Assembly: GCA_002427365.1 (NCBI GenBank)
Contig: DIQT01000007.1
Span: forward strand, 1-47,576
Length of the DNA stretch: 47,576 nt
Direction of reading: 5' to 3'
Source of the DNA: Bacillales bacterium UBA5455
GTDB lineage: Bacteria; Bacillota_I; Bacilli_A; RFN20; CAG-826
Shown here in pieces: positions 8,928 through 18,586 of the stretch. Both the position numbers and the translations under genes were made by a program. The first letter of the stretch is position 1; every line of letters begins with the position of its first letter. Under the pieces are notes generated by a model. It did not search any database. It was given only the letters and a program-made list of their open reading frames with translations, and was not told where the DNA came from.

Positions 8928-11831
8928 ATGTTAGAACTAAAAAATATCTACAAAGATTACTATATTGACAAAAAACCTTTGCATGTTTTAAAGGATGTCA
9001 ATATAAGTTTTCCTCGTCAACAATTCGTTTCGCTATTAGGACCGTCGGGTTGTGGGAAAACAACAACATTAAATATTATTGGTGGATTAGATCAATATAC
9101 AAAAGGCGACTTAGTTATTGAAGGTCGCTCCACAAAAGATTTTAACGCGGAAGACTGGGATGCGTACCGAAACGTTCGCATCGGTTTTGTTTTCCAAACG
9201 TATAATCTCATTTCGCATTTATCAGTTCGCGAAAACGTTGAAATGGGGATGCAACTTGCGGGCGTTAAACCCGAAGACCGGAAAAAACGCTCCGCCGAAG
9301 CTTTAGCAGCGGTTGGCTTAAGCGACGTTATTAATAAAGATGTTAAAAAATTATCTGGTGGGCAAATGCAACGGGTCGCAATCGCTCGCGCTTTAGTTAA
9401 TGATCCGGATATTATTCTTGCGGATGAACCAACGGGTGCGTTAGATTCGGAAACAAGCAAAGATGTCATGGAATTACTTAAAGAAATTTCCAAAACCAAA
9501 TTAGTAATTATGGTTACTCATAATGAACAACTTGCAAATGATTATAGTGACCGCGTAATTAGGATGCTTGATGGGGTGATTACAAGCGATTCCGCTCCCT
9601 ATGAAATTGATTATGACCGCGAAGAAAAAAGTGTTAAAAAACCAAAACGAACAAAAATGTCATTTTGGACAGCGTTAAAAAGCTCGTTAAGAAACATTTC
9701 GACAAAAAAAGGTCGGACAATCATGACCTCGATTGCCGCTAGTTTTGGTATTATCGGTGTTGGGTTAGTTTTAGCTATTTCTAATGGCTTTTCGAACTAC
9801 GTTGATCGCTTAGAACGAAGTACGTTATCGGTTTATCCGCTCGGCGTTTATTCAAGTACGATTACGTTAAAAAATGAAATATCACTTAAAACGGAGTTAG
9901 AACCATTCCCTGATCATGACACCGTCATAATTAGAGATAACACTCAAACAGCAAATCAAATATTTGAAATAGCGACAAATATTATTACGGATGATTCAAT
10001 TCGAAAACTTGAAGAAAATTTTCTTGATACAGGTCAGGCCGCTAGTATTGTTAAAAACTATAATATGCATATGCATCTAACAACAGTTCGTCCAAAAGGG
10101 AAAACCGAACCTGAAAAATTATTAACAACGGAACTAACAAATAACGGCACAGTTATTCCAATGCCTGGTGGTAATTTTCACCAATTATTTGGTTCAAAAG
10201 AATATATGACAACTTATTATGATGTTATTTATGGTGATTATCCAACAAGCATGAATGATGTTGTTCTTGTTGTTGACCGCTACAACCAATTAACATATTC
10301 ACAATTATATAATTTAGGAATTGTGCCGGCTGTTGAAGAAGGACAAACAGTCGCTGATATTGATAACATTCCTTTCTCGGATATTGCTGGCGAAAATGGG
10401 AAACGATATAAAGTTTATACAAATGATGAATATTACCACGAAGATGGAACTGTTGACGTTGCGGACCTAGGTATGTTAGGTGATGAATATACGATTATGG
10501 ATCTATTTAAGAAAAATAAAACGATCCAACGGTATCGAAACCCAACTAGTAGTGAACGATGGGCTAATTGGGATGAAAGTAGCGATACCGGTGTTGAATT
10601 AAAAATCACAGGGGTTTTGCGTATGAAAAACAGTTCTGTTTATACCGACTTAATGGAAACAGGATTATGTTATACGCCCGAATTAGCGGATTATATCGCA
10701 AAAGAAAATATCGCTAGTAAGTTTAGTGAAAATTATGAAAAAGCCTATATTCAAAATATTCCTAATGTAATTCCGGATAACGTTAAGAGCATGCTTCCAC
10801 CTGGAACGCCCGCGATGGGGTTATTTGACGTTATTGATGCTTTAAAAGTTCATTATGAAGATAAAGGTGAAGAAATTAACGCCTTAGAATTAGCAATGGC
10901 AATTATTGCGTATGGCATTCCAACTGGTGATGGCGATAAAACGATACCGGCATTTTCTTTCTACAACGTTATTAATAGTGGGTCAAATAATAGCGATCTT
11001 ACACAAAATGATTATGTTATTAAAATGACCGATTATCTTAAAAACGCCAGCAAATACGGGGCAATGTTTGTTCATGAAGATGAAAGCGGAAATAAAATTC
11101 CTTTTAATCAAGTAAAACCAAAAGACCGGTTCTTCATGGATATATTTGATGAAATTATTCCATATCCAAGTATGGATGCAAATGATGTTGAACTTCAAAT
11201 TCCTTATCGTGATTTAATTTATAGTATTTATGATTCTATTGCCATTTTCCCCGCCTCAAGCCAAGGGAAGAAAGCGATTATCGCTGGCATTAATTCCTAT
11301 AACGACCAAATGAATAGAGAATGGCACGATAACGGCCAAAAAGGAAATTCACCATATTTTATTACTGTTAGTGACTTAATTAGTAATATAAGCAATTCAT
11401 TAGCGATTTTAGTTCAAGTCATTAGTATCGTCTTATTAATATTCTCATCAATTTCGTTAATAACTGCGGCGGTTATGATTGGAATTATTACCTCGGCCTC
11501 CGTAATTGAGAGAACGAAAGAGATTGGGGTTTTGCGCGCTCTTGGGGCAAGGAAGAAGGATATTACAACACTATTTGAAGCGGAAACATTTATTATTGGT
11601 GTGATGGCAGGAATAATTGGTATATTGACGGTGCAACTTATCTCGTTACCATTAAACTATATTCTTAATCAACAATTTGCTTTTGCGGGGCTGGGAGCAA
11701 TTTCTAATTTAAAATGGTGGCATGCGATCGCGCTTGTTGGTGTTAATTTATTAATTACAATGTTTGCAAGTTTAGTGCCAAGTCGAAACGCCGCGAAAAA
11801 AGAACCGGTGGAAGCACTACGTAGCGAATAA
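8928..11831 (+). CDS. MacB-like fused ABC ATPase/FtsX-type permease with a very large extracytoplasmic domain
   Basis: [17 protein letters not shown] and ILADEPTG. One TM at ~aa265-285, three C-terminal TMs with [14 protein letters not shown]. Confidence 0.9.
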   Translation: MLELKNIYKDYYIDKKPLHVLKDVNISFPRQQFVSLLGPSGCGKTTTLNIIGGLDQYTKGDLVIEGRSTKDFNAEDWDAYRNVRIGFVFQTYNLISHLSVRENVEMGMQLAGVKPEDRKKRSAEALAAVGLSDVINKDVKKLSGGQMQRVAIARALVNDPDIILADEPTGALDSETSKDVMELLKEISKTKLVIMVTHNEQLANDYSDRVIRMLDGVITSDSAPYEIDYDREEKSVKKPKRTKMSFWTALKSSLRNISTKKGRTIMTSIAASFGIIGVGLVLAISNGFSNYVDRLERSTLSVYPLGVYSSTITLKNEISLKTELEPFPDHDTVIIRDNTQTANQIFEIATNIITDDSIRKLEENFLDTGQAASIVKNYNMHMHLTTVRPKGKTEPEKLLTTELTNNGTVIPMPGGNFHQLFGSKEYMTTYYDVIYGDYPTSMNDVVLVVDRYNQLTYSQLYNLGIVPAVEEGQTVADIDNIPFSDIAGENGKRYKVYTNDEYYHEDGTVDVADLGMLGDEYTIMDLFKKNKTIQRYRNPTSSERWANWDESSDTGVELKITGVLRMKNSSVYTDLMETGLCYTPELADYIAKENIASKFSENYEKAYIQNIPNVIPDNVKSMLPPGTPAMGLFDVIDALKVHYEDKGEEINALELAMAIIAYGIPTGDGDKTIPAFSFYNVINSGSNNSDLTQNDYVIKMTDYLKNASKYGAMFVHEDESGNKIPFNQVKPKDRFFMDIFDEIIPYPSMDANDVELQIPYRDLIYSIYDSIAIFPASSQGKKAIIAGINSYNDQMNREWHDNGQKGNSPYFITVSDLISNISNSLAILVQVISIVLLIFSSISLITAAVMIGIITSASVIERTKEIGVLRALGARKKDITTLFEAETFIIGVMAGIIGILTVQLISLPLNYILNQQFAFAGLGAISNLKWWHAIALVGVNLLITMFASLVPSRNAAKKEPVEALRSE

Positions 11832-11855
11832 AAAAATAGGTCACTTTTGCACATT

Positions 11856-11884
11856 AAACTATCACTTTTGTGATAGTTTTTTCT
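11856..11884 (+). terminator. Rho-independent terminator after the ABC gene
   Basis: AAACTATCAC-tttt-GTGATAGTTT followed by T residues. Confidence 0.8.
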
Positions 11885-11941
11885 TATAAAAAGAAATAAA
11901 ATTCGGCAAGGAAGTTAACTTAGATACTAATTAGATTAATG

Positions 11942-11955
11942 AGGAAGCGTTTTCA
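11942..11955. promoter_or_regulatory. cre-like / LacI-family operator candidate
   Basis: AGGAAGCGTTTTCA fits 12 of 14 positions of TGWAANCGNTNWCA; upstream of a catabolic operon. Confidence 0.4.
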
Positions 11956-11992
11956 CACGAAGCAAAAATTATAATGTTATAAAAAAGCCCTA

Positions 11993-12010
11993 GATAATGG
12001 TAATATTATC
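11993..12010. promoter_or_regulatory. Palindromic operator candidate resembling a Fur box
   Basis: GATAAT-ggtaat-ATTATC: one substitution and one deletion from GATAATGATAATCATTATC. Confidence 0.35.
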
Positions 12011-12073
12011 AAGATAAAACTATCACCAATTAAACTAGTTTTTATTATATAATAGAGAAGAAGCGAGAATTAC

Positions 12074-14518
12074 ATGAATACCTTAATTGAAGAAAAAGAA
12101 TCCAAAAAATCCCGCGAAACTGCAGAACGTTACATGGTCGACGCCAACAAAGGTTTAAGTGACGAACAAGTTCGTGAACGCACGGAAAACGGCCTTGTTA
12201 ATAATGTTGACGCAACGGGAGGAAAAACCGTCTGGCAAATTACCAGACGTAACCTTTTTTCGTTTTTTAATATTTTACTTTATATAATCGCGATTGCGAT
12301 GATTGTTGTCAAAAACTTCGGCGGTCTTTTCTTTGTTGTAATTTTAGTGGCAAACTCGGGCATTGGATTATTTCAAGATTTTCGCGCGCAAAAACAATTA
12401 AAGAAATTGCAAATTGTTGCGGCCTCACGTTCTACGGTTATTCGCGAAGGTGAAAAAACAGAAATTCTTGTTTCCGCGCTGGTTCTTGATGATATTGTCG
12501 TTTTAAAACAAGGAAATCAAATTCCGGCGGATAGTGTTGTTGTTGAAGGTACTCTCGCGGTTAATGAATCATTATTAACCGGCGAATCGACAACGATTAA
12601 AAAACAAGTTGGTGCACGCCTTCTTGGTGGAAGTTATGTAACAAGCGGAACCGCTAAAGCGCAAGTTGACCGGGTTGGCGATGATACATACATTAATAAG
12701 CTTCAAGAAAAAGCAAAAATATTTAAACGGCCGAAGTCACGACTATTATCTGTTATTGATGGGTTATTCCGGTTAATTGGGATCGTTGTTATCGTACTTG
12801 GCATCATTATGATTATAATGGGAATAATTAATAAAGAAGACCCAATTAAGTTAGTAACGCGAATTTCTGGCTCATTAGTTTCAATGATTCCGTCGGGTAT
12901 GTATTTATTAACCTCTATGACGATTGCGGTATCAATTATTAACTTAGCTAAACGAAATACTTTAGCGCAAGAATCGTATGCGATTGAAATGCTTGCAAGA
13001 ACCGATGTTCTTTGTATTGATAAAACCGGAACAATTACGGATGGTTCAATGAAACTAAAAGATGTTGTTCCAATTAAGAACTTTGATGTTTCTCAACTCT
13101 CCTATGTTATGGGATCATTTCTAAGGGTTACTAAAGACGTTTCCCCAACCACAAACGCTTTAAAAAATGCATATCCGGAAAATAATTTATATTTATCCGA
13201 TAACTTTGTTCCATTTAGTAGTGAAAGAAAAAATTCGGCTGTTACTTTTGAAGGAATTGGAACATATATTTTAGGCGCCGCTAACTTTGTTTTAGATGCT
13301 AAAGCATATGAAGAAATTCGTGCACTTGAAGAAGATTATATGAGTCGCGGGTTACGAGTTCTTTTATTAGCGCACACGGATAAACCAATTAAAGATGACG
13401 TGATTCCTAAAAAAGCAAAACCATTAGTTTTATTTATAATTCAAGATCGTGTTCGCCCATATGTTGGCGATACATTTGATTGGTTTAGAGAAAATGGTGT
13501 TGAAATTAAAGTTATCTCGGGCGACCATCCAACAACTGTTGCGGAAATATGTAATCAAGTTGGGGTTGAAGGGGCGGACCGGTCAATCTCACTAGCGGGG
13601 TTAAGCGATGCTGAGGTCGCAGAAGCAGCACTAGCAAATGCGGTCTTTGGCCGTGTAAGTCCGGAACAAAAAGAAATCATTGTTAAAACCTTACAAAGTG
13701 ATGGTAAAACCGTCGCGATGGTGGGCGATGGTGTTAATGATATTCTTGCACTTAAAAATGCTGAATGTTCAATCGCAATGGGGAATGGTGCAGAAGCAAC
13801 ACAAGCCGTATCGCATATTGTTCTTGTGGATAACGACTTTAACTCCTTACCAGAAATTGTTAAAGAAGGAAGACGGGTTATTAATAACTTACAACGAACA
13901 TGGTCACTATTCTTAGTAAAAACAATCTTTGCCATAATTCTTACGATTGTCTTCTTAATCTCTAATAAGTCATATCCATTTGTTACTCAAAATATGTATA
14001 TTTGGGAAACTGCGACAATTGGGATTTCCGCATTCTTCTTATCAATGCAGCCAAACTATCATAAAGTTGAGGGGAGCTTTAACTCGAACGTTACAAAGCG
14101 ATCATTACCAGCAGCGATTACAATGGTCTTACTCGTTTTATCAATATTTGTGATGTTTAATTTTGAAGCAGATTATCCCGGATCAACGAAAATTGCTAGT
14201 GAAGAAGTGGCGATTACGATGGCGACAATAACGATGTCCGTATTTAGTTTTATTATTCTATTTAGAATTTCTTGGCCGTTTAACCGTTATCGGATAATTT
14301 TATTTACAGTCATTTTAGGTGTTACTGCGGTAATTTTAACGTTGGTTGGTGTTTCTCATTTAGAAGATATGTTTTTCAAAATTGATTTTAGTTTATTGAA
14401 TTCAACAAACATCTGGACAATTGTTATTACACTTGTGGTCGGGATAATGCTTTATTGGGTGTTAGACCGCGCCTTTGGTTATCCATTACGAAGTAGTAGT
14501 GAAGAAAAAAACATTTAA
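12074..14518 (+). CDS. P-type ATPase, CtpE-like subfamily
   Basis: LLTGES, phosphorylation site CIDKTGT, VISGD, MVGDGVND and ~10 TMs. M4 motif is IPSG. Confidence 0.9.
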   Translation: MNTLIEEKESKKSRETAERYMVDANKGLSDEQVRERTENGLVNNVDATGGKTVWQITRRNLFSFFNILLYIIAIAMIVVKNFGGLFFVVILVANSGIGLFQDFRAQKQLKKLQIVAASRSTVIREGEKTEILVSALVLDDIVVLKQGNQIPADSVVVEGTLAVNESLLTGESTTIKKQVGARLLGGSYVTSGTAKAQVDRVGDDTYINKLQEKAKIFKRPKSRLLSVIDGLFRLIGIVVIVLGIIMIIMGIINKEDPIKLVTRISGSLVSMIPSGMYLLTSMTIAVSIINLAKRNTLAQESYAIEMLARTDVLCIDKTGTITDGSMKLKDVVPIKNFDVSQLSYVMGSFLRVTKDVSPTTNALKNAYPENNLYLSDNFVPFSSERKNSAVTFEGIGTYILGAANFVLDAKAYEEIRALEEDYMSRGLRVLLLAHTDKPIKDDVIPKKAKPLVLFIIQDRVRPYVGDTFDWFRENGVEIKVISGDHPTTVAEICNQVGVEGADRSISLAGLSDAEVAEAALANAVFGRVSPEQKEIIVKTLQSDGKTVAMVGDGVNDILALKNAECSIAMGNGAEATQAVSHIVLVDNDFNSLPEIVKEGRRVINNLQRTWSLFLVKTIFAIILTIVFLISNKSYPFVTQNMYIWETATIGISAFFLSMQPNYHKVEGSFNSNVTKRSLPAAITMVLLVLSIFVMFNFEADYPGSTKIASEEVAITMATITMSVFSFIILFRISWPFNRYRIILFTVILGVTAVILTLVGVSHLEDMFFKIDFSLLNSTNIWTIVITLVVGIMLYWVLDRAFGYPLRSSSEEKNI

Positions 14519-14530
14519 AAGGTAGTGCTC

Positions 14531-15454
14531 ATGATTCGAATTAGTGAAGAAGTTGCGTTAGCGTTAAAAGAACATAAACCTGTTGTTGCTTTAGAAACAA
14601 CAATTATTTCGCACGGGATGCCTTATCCAAAAAACGTTGAAACCGCGTTAGCAGTTGAACAAGTAATTCGAAATAATGGGGCGACCCCCGCAACAATTGG
14701 CATAATTGATGGTGAAGTTGTTGTCGGAATGTCCAAAAGCGAAATTGAAGCATTTGGTATTAAAAAAGATATCGTTAAAGTGTCTCGCCGTGATTTACCA
14801 TATGTGTTAGCCAAAAAGAAATGGGGTGCGACCACAGTTGCCGCGACCATGATTGTTGCGGAAAAAGCTGGTATTGAAGTGTTTGTTACCGGCGGAATTG
14901 GCGGTGTTCATCGGAGGGCAACGGAAACCTTTGATATTTCCGCGGACTTAGAAGAACTAGCGAATACGAACGTTACTGTTGTTTGTGCGGGCGCAAAAGC
15001 AATTCTTGATTTAGGACTTACCTTAGAATATTTAGAAACAAAAGGCGTGCCGGTGTATGGATATAAAACAAACATCCTCCCCGCTTTTTATACTAACAAA
15101 TCAAACTTTTTTGTTGATGAACAAATCAATAGCGCTGACGAATTCGCGGATATTATTAAAGTAAAACGCGATAATAATCTTCGTGGGGGAATATTAATTA
15201 CGAATCCAATTTCTCATGAATACTCGTTAGATAGTGAAAAAATTGACAAGGTTATTGAACAAGCGATTAAACAAGCTGAAGCAGAAGAAATCCATGGGAA
15301 AGAAACGACACCCTATTTACTTTCCGCGATTGTTAAAGCAACAAACGGGAAATCGCTTGAAGCAAATATTAAACTTATTTTAAATAACGCAAAGTTAGGA
15401 GCTGAAATTGCATCTGCTTTAAGTAAAAAAATAATTAAGGAGGGGGCAAGATGA
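14531..15454 (+). CDS. psuG: Pseudouridine-5'-phosphate glycosidase (ATG at 14531 preferred over GTG at 14525)
   Basis: PVVALETTIISHGMPYP, GATTVAATM, TGGIGGVHR, DISADL, GAKAILD and TPYLL. Confidence 0.95.
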   Translation: MIRISEEVALALKEHKPVVALETTIISHGMPYPKNVETALAVEQVIRNNGATPATIGIIDGEVVVGMSKSEIEAFGIKKDIVKVSRRDLPYVLAKKKWGATTVAATMIVAEKAGIEVFVTGGIGGVHRRATETFDISADLEELANTNVTVVCAGAKAILDLGLTLEYLETKGVPVYGYKTNILPAFYTNKSNFFVDEQINSADEFADIIKVKRDNNLRGGILITNPISHEYSLDSEKIDKVIEQAIKQAEAEEIHGKETTPYLLSAIVKATNGKSLEANIKLILNNAKLGAEIASALSKKIIKEGAR

Positions 15455-16020
15455 AAACACAAACGAAATTAGCGAATGCGTTAAAAGAACTAATGGAAGC
15501 AAAACCATTAGATACAATTACCGTTAAAGAACTAACAGAAATAGTTGGAATTAATCGGCAAACTTTTTATTATCATTACAAAAATATTTATGATTTATTA
15601 ACGGACATTTATTTAAATGAAGTTGTTTTAGGTATGGAAGAAGTCGAAGAATGGCGGCCAGCCTTAACCGCGATTTTTGAGTACACAAAAACTAATTTTG
15701 CGTTTGTTAAAAATACGTTAACAAGTGCGGGCCGTGATTTGTTTATTGAATTTTTATATTCGGTAACGTATCGGACCCATTTAAATATTTTAAAGAAGCG
15801 TGATACAAATAACGTTATGTCGCATGATGACCAAAAATTTATTGCGGGCTTTTACGCTCCATCATTTGTTTATTTGGTTGTTCGGTGGGTTGATAATTCA
15901 ATGCGCGAAGATCCCAAAGAAATTATTGAATTAGTAGCGGCAATCGGAAGTGATTATTTACGCAACGCTCAAAAACGTGTGATTAATTATCGCGTCGCTC
16001 GAGGAGAAAGCCATGCTTGA
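15451..16020 (+). CDS. TetR-family transcriptional regulator
   Basis: N-terminal HTH ITVKELTEIVGINRQTFYYHYKNIYDLL; ATGA overlap with psuG. Confidence 0.9.
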   Translation: MKTQTKLANALKELMEAKPLDTITVKELTEIVGINRQTFYYHYKNIYDLLTDIYLNEVVLGMEEVEEWRPALTAIFEYTKTNFAFVKNTLTSAGRDLFIEFLYSVTYRTHLNILKKRDTNNVMSHDDQKFIAGFYAPSFVYLVVRWVDNSMREDPKEIIELVAAIGSDYLRNAQKRVINYRVARGESHA

Positions 16021-17191
16021 TTTTACTTTTAATATTCCAACAGAATTATATTTTGGCCGTGACCAAGAATTAGAAGTTGGCCGGATTTTATCAAAACACG
16101 GCGCAAAAAAGATTTTAATTATTTATGGAAAAGGATCAGTAATTAAAAGCGGTCTTTTAGCAAAAGTTAAAACCGCTTTAGAAGAAGAAAACATAACTTA
16201 TTTAGAATTAAGCGGTGTTGAACCTAATCCTGATGTTAGTAAAGTTAAAGAAGGATTAGCGTTAATTAGAAAAGATCCGGTTGATTTTATTTTAACGATT
16301 GGTGGCGGTTCCGTTATTGATACCGGCAAACTTATCTCCACCGCATATTTTTATGATGGGGACCCTTATGATATTTCCTTAAAGAAAGTTGAAGCAACAA
16401 ATCGGATTCCGTTAGGTGTGATTCTTACGATTAGCGCAGCAGGTTCGGAAATGTCGACATCCTCAGTTATATCTAATTCAGAAACATTAACGAAAACCGG
16501 GTATAACTCTCCTTACAATCGCCCCGTATTTGCGATTGAAAACCCCGAATTAACGTTTAGTGTTTCACCCTATCAAACAGCGGTGGGGGTTGTTGATATT
16601 TTAGCCCATACATTTGAACGCTACTTTAATCCATCCAGTGAATTTGAATTAAGTGATGGTTTTGCCGAAGGTTTAATGCGAAAAGTAATCGCAGCCGGAA
16701 AAGTAGCTGTAGAAGATCCAACCAATTATGAAGCACGGGCGACCTTAATGCTTGCGAGTTCGTTATCACATAACGGCTTAACAAGTATTGGAAAAAATTC
16801 GTATATGCCTGTTCATCAATTTGAACATATTATTAGTGGGTATTACCCTAATGTTGCCCATGGGGCAGGGCTTGCGGTGATGATTCCCGCATGGATGGAA
16901 TATTATCGGAAAATCGATCCGAAAAAATTCACAGCATTTGCTAAAAACGTCTTCGACTATGATAGTGGAGATGATTTAGATAACGGTCGCTATGCGACGA
17001 TTACCTTAAAAAGTTACTTTAAGAGTTTGGGAATGCCCATTTCATTAAAGGAACTAGGTATTGGCGCTCTTGATTTAAAGCGCTTTGCAGCAAGATTAAC
17101 AAACGATGGGAAAAAGAAACTACCCCATCACATTAAGCCAGTCGACAATCAAGTTGCGTATCAAATTTTTGAACTGGCTTTGGAGGAATAG
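16013..17191 (+). CDS. Iron-containing alcohol dehydrogenase (butanol dehydrogenase-like)
   Basis: GVEPNP, IGGGSVID (GGGS suggests NADP(H)), AAGSEMS, DILAHTFERY, HQFEH and HGAGLA metal ligands. Confidence 0.92.
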   Translation: MLDFTFNIPTELYFGRDQELEVGRILSKHGAKKILIIYGKGSVIKSGLLAKVKTALEEENITYLELSGVEPNPDVSKVKEGLALIRKDPVDFILTIGGGSVIDTGKLISTAYFYDGDPYDISLKKVEATNRIPLGVILTISAAGSEMSTSSVISNSETLTKTGYNSPYNRPVFAIENPELTFSVSPYQTAVGVVDILAHTFERYFNPSSEFELSDGFAEGLMRKVIAAGKVAVEDPTNYEARATLMLASSLSHNGLTSIGKNSYMPVHQFEHIISGYYPNVAHGAGLAVMIPAWMEYYRKIDPKKFTAFAKNVFDYDSGDDLDNGRYATITLKSYFKSLGMPISLKELGIGALDLKRFAARLTNDGKKKLPHHIKPVDNQVAYQIFELALEE

Positions 17192-17194
17192 TTT

Positions 17195-18337
17195 ATGAAT
17201 AAAGACGATTGGTCAGCACTGCTTGTCTATGCATTAATGTTAGTTGCGGCAATTTTTATTGGCATTCAAGTTGTCCAACCTGCATTAGCGGATCTTGGCT
17301 TAGAATCCGCGGGACAATATGCATTTGCCATTATTACAATTTTAATTGGGGCAATTATTAGTTCAATCTTTTTTGAACTCGGACATATTGTCGGGGCGAA
17401 AATTGGTGGGTACACCATTTTATCCGTTAATATTTGGGGCTTAAAAATTTATCGTTCAGGTAAAAAATGGAAAGTTGGTTTTCGGAGTTTTGAAGGCTTA
17501 ACCGGCGCGACCGAAATTGCACCAAAAAGCGAATCCGCAAATCCGCTTCCGTATTTATGGGGATCAACCATTTCATTTGTTATTGAAACAATAATTTTAA
17601 TTCTCGTGTTTGTTTTCACCGAAGAAATATCTTCACAAAGCGAATTTGTGTTAGAAGCATATTTCCATCATGGCGCACTTATTACCGTCGCAATTGGGGC
17701 AATGTTAGCAATTTATAATATTATGCCTTTTAAACTCGATACGCTTAATGATGGTCATCAATTAGCGTTAGTTAGTAATAAAATAAATAAAGAAGCGTTT
17801 AATGAACTTCGGAGGTTAAACGCGCTTACGTATGCTGGTCTTCCTTATGACGAGGTAAAAACGTTTACCACGATTACAACATTAACCGCTGAAGTTAATT
17901 TACGGGCAATCTATCAATTTGAAGATCAAGGTAAAAACGAAGATGCGTTGGCGTTAATTGAAGCGCTTAATACAAGTGATGTTCAACTTGACCCGATTAT
18001 GCGCGCGCGTATTCAAGCCCAAAAATTATGGCTCTTAATATTACTTGATCGAACAAGTGCCGCTAATGAACTATGGGAAAGTTTAGATGCTAAAAGTCGG
18101 AAAGCCATCGGTGATGACGATGCTTTAGAAACCATCCGCGCGTATTTCTTGTTTTCTGGTGTTGTTATTCATTCTGTTCACGAAAGTGTTTATGCGATTA
18201 ATTCGCTTCCAAAAGCGAAGAAAAAAGCCAAACACTCGTATCGGTTAGAAGAAGAAAAAGCATTAATGAATCAAGCGTATAAAGCCGTTCAAGAAGCAAA
18301 CCCTGATTGGGAAATCGTTGCCCCTGATCAACAATAA
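17195..18337 (+). CDS. Membrane protein of the peptidase M50 (site-2 protease) fold, with a degenerate Zn motif and a helical C-terminal domain
   Basis: FELGH at the HExxH position within a TM; NIMPFKLDTLNDG matches NxxPxxxxDG; 4 TMs. Confidence 0.7.
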   Translation: MNKDDWSALLVYALMLVAAIFIGIQVVQPALADLGLESAGQYAFAIITILIGAIISSIFFELGHIVGAKIGGYTILSVNIWGLKIYRSGKKWKVGFRSFEGLTGATEIAPKSESANPLPYLWGSTISFVIETIILILVFVFTEEISSQSEFVLEAYFHHGALITVAIGAMLAIYNIMPFKLDTLNDGHQLALVSNKINKEAFNELRRLNALTYAGLPYDEVKTFTTITTLTAEVNLRAIYQFEDQGKNEDALALIEALNTSDVQLDPIMRARIQAQKLWLLILLDRTSAANELWESLDAKSRKAIGDDDALETIRAYFLFSGVVIHSVHESVYAINSLPKAKKKAKHSYRLEEEKALMNQAYKAVQEANPDWEIVAPDQQ

Positions 18338-18391
18338 TGTATACAATTCTTTAATATTGATAGAGAGAAGCATTAAATTGCTTACTTCTAT

Positions 18392-18420
18392 TTTACAAAT
18401 ATTTATTTACCAAGTATAAT
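18392..18420 (+). promoter_or_regulatory. Sigma-A promoter of the riboswitch leader
   Basis: TTTACA-17 nt-TATAAT. Confidence 0.75.
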
Positions 18421-18449
18421 GATTTCGAATTGGTAAACAATTCTTCCTC

Positions 18450-18534
18450 AAAGGGGAGTAGTTAATTCTTACCGCCAACAACACGGAAATAACACCTGGT
18501 TGGTAAGACCGGATCTTCTGGAAACAAGACCTTT
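18450..18534 (+). promoter_or_regulatory. yybP-ykoY manganese riboswitch aptamer
   Basis: AAAGG-GGAGTAG (18450-18461) ... CAAGA-CCTTT (18525-18534) P1/L1 signature. TCTTACC/GGTAAGA helix. Upstream of a P-type ATPase, as for L. lactis yoaB. Confidence 0.88.
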
Positions 18535-18566
18535 AGGCCATTTTTTGGTTTAGAGGTCATTTTATT
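18528..18566 (+). terminator. Expression-platform terminator overlapping riboswitch P1
   Basis: GACCTTTAGGCCA-tttt-TGGTTTAGAGGTC then ATTTTATT. It uses the P1 3' strand, so it is mutually exclusive with the aptamer. Confidence 0.8.
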
Positions 18567-18586
18567 GTAGAAGGAGCAAATAAATT

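Noticed and set aside
14915-14917. AGG codon at a PsuG position that is usually Gly, hinting at AGG reassignment
   Set aside because: AGG at 11550-11552 falls in LGA-R-KKDI, where Arg is expected. AGG is rare and not enriched at Met or Gly sites, so a single substitution is the simpler explanation.
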